In this document: in pieces, positions 25,680-27,888 of the stretch
Numbering within the stretch: position 1 is the first letter of the stretch
Layout of the letters: every line of letters begins with the position of its first letter
From: a virus
Taxonomy: Duplodnaviria > Caudoviricetes
Virus record (IMG/VR): IMGVR_UViG_3300033489_000663
Span: 1 to 27,888 of that record
Length of the DNA stretch: 27,888 bases
Reading direction: 5' to 3' (one strand)
The notes under the pieces: model-generated
What the model was told of the DNA's origin: nothing
The model's input: only the letters and a program-made list of their open reading frames with translations
Databases searched by the model: none
Position numbers and translations under genes: made by a program

Positions 25680-26757
25680 ATACAGAAATCGACGCCAGAA
25701 CTTTGCTCCTGTCTGGAGATTTTCATTGATATTCGACACTTTGCGCGGCGGGCCATGGATACGATACGAAGGCAATCCGATCATGGAACTTGGAGCTGAA
25801 GGTTCTTGGGAAGATAACGGTATTCGCGACTCGAATCTTATGATCGATCCGGATGGCTATTTGGCCACGGACGATGGCAATTATAGGATGTACTATTCAG
25901 GCTATAAGAATACCGGCGAGACGCATTGGCGACGCGGTATAGGGTTGGCAACCAGCCCGGATGGGATAACTTGGACGAAGTATGGAAGCAATCCAATCCT
26001 GACCAAAGGCGCTGCGGGTTCGTGGGATGAATACGGTGTGCAAGCGGCCAATGTTATTAAGCGTGGTGCAAACGATTACATTATGATCTATTCAGGCGTA
26101 GACGACGATTGGAGCGACGAAGATTCCTGGGGGATCGGCATTGCAACCAGCAACAATGGGATCAACTGGACGAAGTACGCCGGAAACCCGGTGTTAATTG
26201 CAGCAGATTTCATTGGAATAGCGGGAAATAATATACTTACATTTCCATACATGATTCAATTGTCAGATGGTTCGTATGCAATGACTGCAGGAGCTACTTA
26301 TTATACAGACCCGTTATATGGGGATGCGTTCCAGACCTACGCTGCGGTTTCGGAAGATGGACTGACGTGGACACCGCTCAATGGCGGCAATGCTGTCTTC
26401 ACTCCGACTGGGGAAGAGTTCGATTCGAACAATATCGAATACGCACGATTATACGAAATTCAGGAAAATAAGTATCTGATAACCTATCATGGCGATCCAG
26501 CAGGAGTTATGAACAATCGAATGGAGATAGGTCTGGCAACCAGCATCGACCTGATCAACTGGGTACGATACGGTGTAAGGCCTATATTTTCATTCGGCTC
26601 AGGCGACGAATGGGACGATTTCAGCATCGGTAATGGTGTCTTGGCCAAGGATGATTTTGGCACAGACACGCTACGGATGTGGTATGGAGGAGTTTCCGAA
26701 CCGAATATCAGCGAGGGAGAAGGTTTCGGTTATGCAACGAGTGACCAAAGGACGTGA
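25672..26757 (+). CDS. Five-bladed beta-propeller glycoside-hydrolase-like protein
   Basis: Repeats of MYYSG...IGLATS.DGI.W.KY..NPIL...G.WD; ATG 25672 overlaps the upstream gene end. Confidence 0.8.
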   Translation: MARYRNRRQNFAPVWRFSLIFDTLRGGPWIRYEGNPIMELGAEGSWEDNGIRDSNLMIDPDGYLATDDGNYRMYYSGYKNTGETHWRRGIGLATSPDGITWTKYGSNPILTKGAAGSWDEYGVQAANVIKRGANDYIMIYSGVDDDWSDEDSWGIGIATSNNGINWTKYAGNPVLIAADFIGIAGNNILTFPYMIQLSDGSYAMTAGATYYTDPLYGDAFQTYAAVSEDGLTWTPLNGGNAVFTPTGEEFDSNNIEYARLYEIQENKYLITYHGDPAGVMNNRMEIGLATSIDLINWVRYGVRPIFSFGSGDEWDDFSIGNGVLAKDDFGTDTLRMWYGGVSEPNISEGEGFGYATSDQRT

Positions 26758-26804
26758 GACGCAAAATATTACGTCTTTACAGACATAAGATATTACGTCT
26801 CTAT
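26756..26804. repeat. Two degenerate family A units
   Basis: GAGACGCAAAATATTACGTCTTTAC and AGACATAAGATATTACGTCTCTAT; overlaps the upstream TGA. Confidence 0.85.
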
Positions 26805-26868
26805 AAGCGAAGATTGGCCACGGGAGAGGCCAGGCGGTGGAAATTCTCCAGGTCGGATTTTGCGATCT
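26801..26868 (-). pseudogene. Duplicate, synonymously recoded 3' end of the integrase
   Basis: Encodes IAKSDLENFHRLASPVANLRL*, identical to 26911-26978; 8 mismatches in 68 bp, all silent. Confidence 0.9.
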
Positions 26869-26872
26869 TAAT

Positions 26873-26910
26873 AACGTTTGAACGTTAAACGTAAGAACGT
26901 TTAAACGTTT
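26873..26910. repeat. Repeat family C
   Basis: Four AACGTT and one AACGTA directly after the integrase stop. Confidence 0.9.
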
Positions 26911-27888
26911 TTACAGTCGAAGATTAGCCACCGGCGAGGCCAGCCGGTGGAAATTCTCCAGGTCGGATTTTGCGATCTGGAGATATTTTTTTACCATCTC
27001 CATAGTGGCATGACCGAGAATCACCTGAAGCGAGTAGGGATCCCCGCCATTGCGGAGGTAGAGGATGGCGAAGGTATGGCGGAAGCGGTGAGGATGGACG
27101 TTGGCAACCCCGGCGCGACGTCCCAGGGAACGGAGCTGCTTGAGCAGGCGGTGGCGGTCGAGGGGGGTTTGATTCAGGGTAATGAAGAATGGCTCGTGGG
27201 TAGTCGGGGCAGGTCTGTTGAAATTATTCATCTGAGGATTTCCTTTACCAGACCTGCCCCTACATTTGTCGGTGCGGGAGGCGAGGTATTTCCACAACGC
27301 CTGTGCGGTGCGGGGGCTGAAGGGGACGAAGCGCTCGCTGTCGCCTTTGCCGCTGGCCACGTGGACGAAGCGGTTGTGGAGATCCACGTCGCGGACGGCG
27401 AGGGAGCAAAGCTCGTCGGCGCGCAGGCCGGTATCCAGCAGGAGCAGGATGATGGCGCGATTGCGGTCCTGGTTGGGCAATACGTTGGAGGCGATGGTCC
27501 CGTGGTTCGAATAGGTCTTACTGGAGGAGATGGCGTTGACGATGGCTCGCAGATCTGCGTCGGAGAATGGGTTGATAGTGCGGCGACCTGGATGGGGCGG
27601 ATCGATCTGGCGGGGAAGGTTGGCGATGGCGTAGCCTTCTTCGACAGCCCAGCGCCAGAGGGAGGAGAGGCCGGTGTGGTAATTGAGCAGAGTTTTCTTG
27701 CTTACGGTCTGACTGGCCAGGAAGCGCTCGAGCTGGGACTTGGCGATCTGATCGAATGGTAGATCGTTCTCCAAGAAGGCAGCCAGCTTGCGAAAGGTAT
27801 TGTGGTAATCGGCGATGGTGTGCGGCGATAGCTGGCGCGCCTGGGCGTTCAGGGTGTAGCCTTGGATTATCTGGGAAAGGGTAAACAT
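26911..27888 (-). CDS. int: Tyrosine recombinase / phage integrase
   Basis: SAM-like N-terminus; DTGLRADEL (R), GKG (K), HRFRHTFA (HxxR), LGH, KKY (Y). Start coincides with the window edge and may extend. Confidence 0.95.
   Translation of the reverse strand: MFTLSQIIQGYTLNAQARQLSPHTIADYHNTFRKLAAFLENDLPFDQIAKSQLERFLASQTVSKKTLLNYHTGLSSLWRWAVEEGYAIANLPRQIDPPHPGRRTINPFSDADLRAIVNAISSSKTYSNHGTIASNVLPNQDRNRAIILLLLDTGLRADELCSLAVRDVDLHNRFVHVASGKGDSERFVPFSPRTAQALWKYLASRTDKCRGRSGKGNPQMNNFNRPAPTTHEPFFITLNQTPLDRHRLLKQLRSLGRRAGVANVHPHRFRHTFAILYLRNGGDPYSLQVILGHATMEMVKKYLQIAKSDLENFHRLASPVANLRL
27203..27263. repeat. Repeat family F, in-frame inside the integrase
   Basis: GGGGCAGGTCTG (27206-27217) pairs with CAGACCTGCCCC (27249-27260), followed by TAC. 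Confidence 0.85.

Larger units (their letters stand above)
1..27888. mobile_element. Temperate siphovirus-like phage/prophage (partial)
   Basis: Lysis, packaging, head and tail genes with no sheath gene, plus integrase; ends not visible. Confidence 0.93.

Noticed and set aside
1313-26910. Integron with attC cassettes
   Set aside because: The repeats lack RYYYAAC...GTTRRRY attC organisation and belong to unrelated families; the genes are a core virion operon.
26801-26978. DGR template/variable repeat pair
   Set aside because: Mismatches are synonymous rather than adenine-specific, and there is no reverse transcriptase in the window.
1-27888. tRNA/rRNA genes, tail sheath, prohead protease, prophage att ends
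   Set aside because: None recognisable by eye; boundaries lie outside the window or cannot be determined.

Overview
This window is the late (virion and lysis) arm of a temperate tailed phage or prophage with siphovirus-like gene order. On the + strand: holin-like genes, M23/SH3 endolysin, terminase small and large subunits, SPP1-type portal, scaffold, major capsid, accessory head/fibre genes, head-tail joining genes, tail tube, tail chaperone with a -1 frameshift site, tape measure, and tail tip/fibre genes ending in a beta-propeller glycosidase-like gene. A convergent tyrosine integrase closes the window. All product calls come from reading motifs and synteny, not database searches. Four things stand out. 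(1) About 20 gene junctions carry one of seven short repeat families. These often supply or abut the stop codon, and several sit in-frame inside TerS, TerL and the integrase. (2) A 3-gene minus-strand cassette splits the tail module. It has a perfect TTGACA-17-TATAAT promoter, a palindromic operator and a terminator, an architecture like moron or acr-aca operons. (3) The last 21 codons of the integrase are present twice, 110 bp apart, differing only at synonymous sites. (4) A covarying hairpin motif precedes the ribosome-binding sites of several structural genes. The host cannot be read from the sequence; Chloroflexota is only a weak guess.
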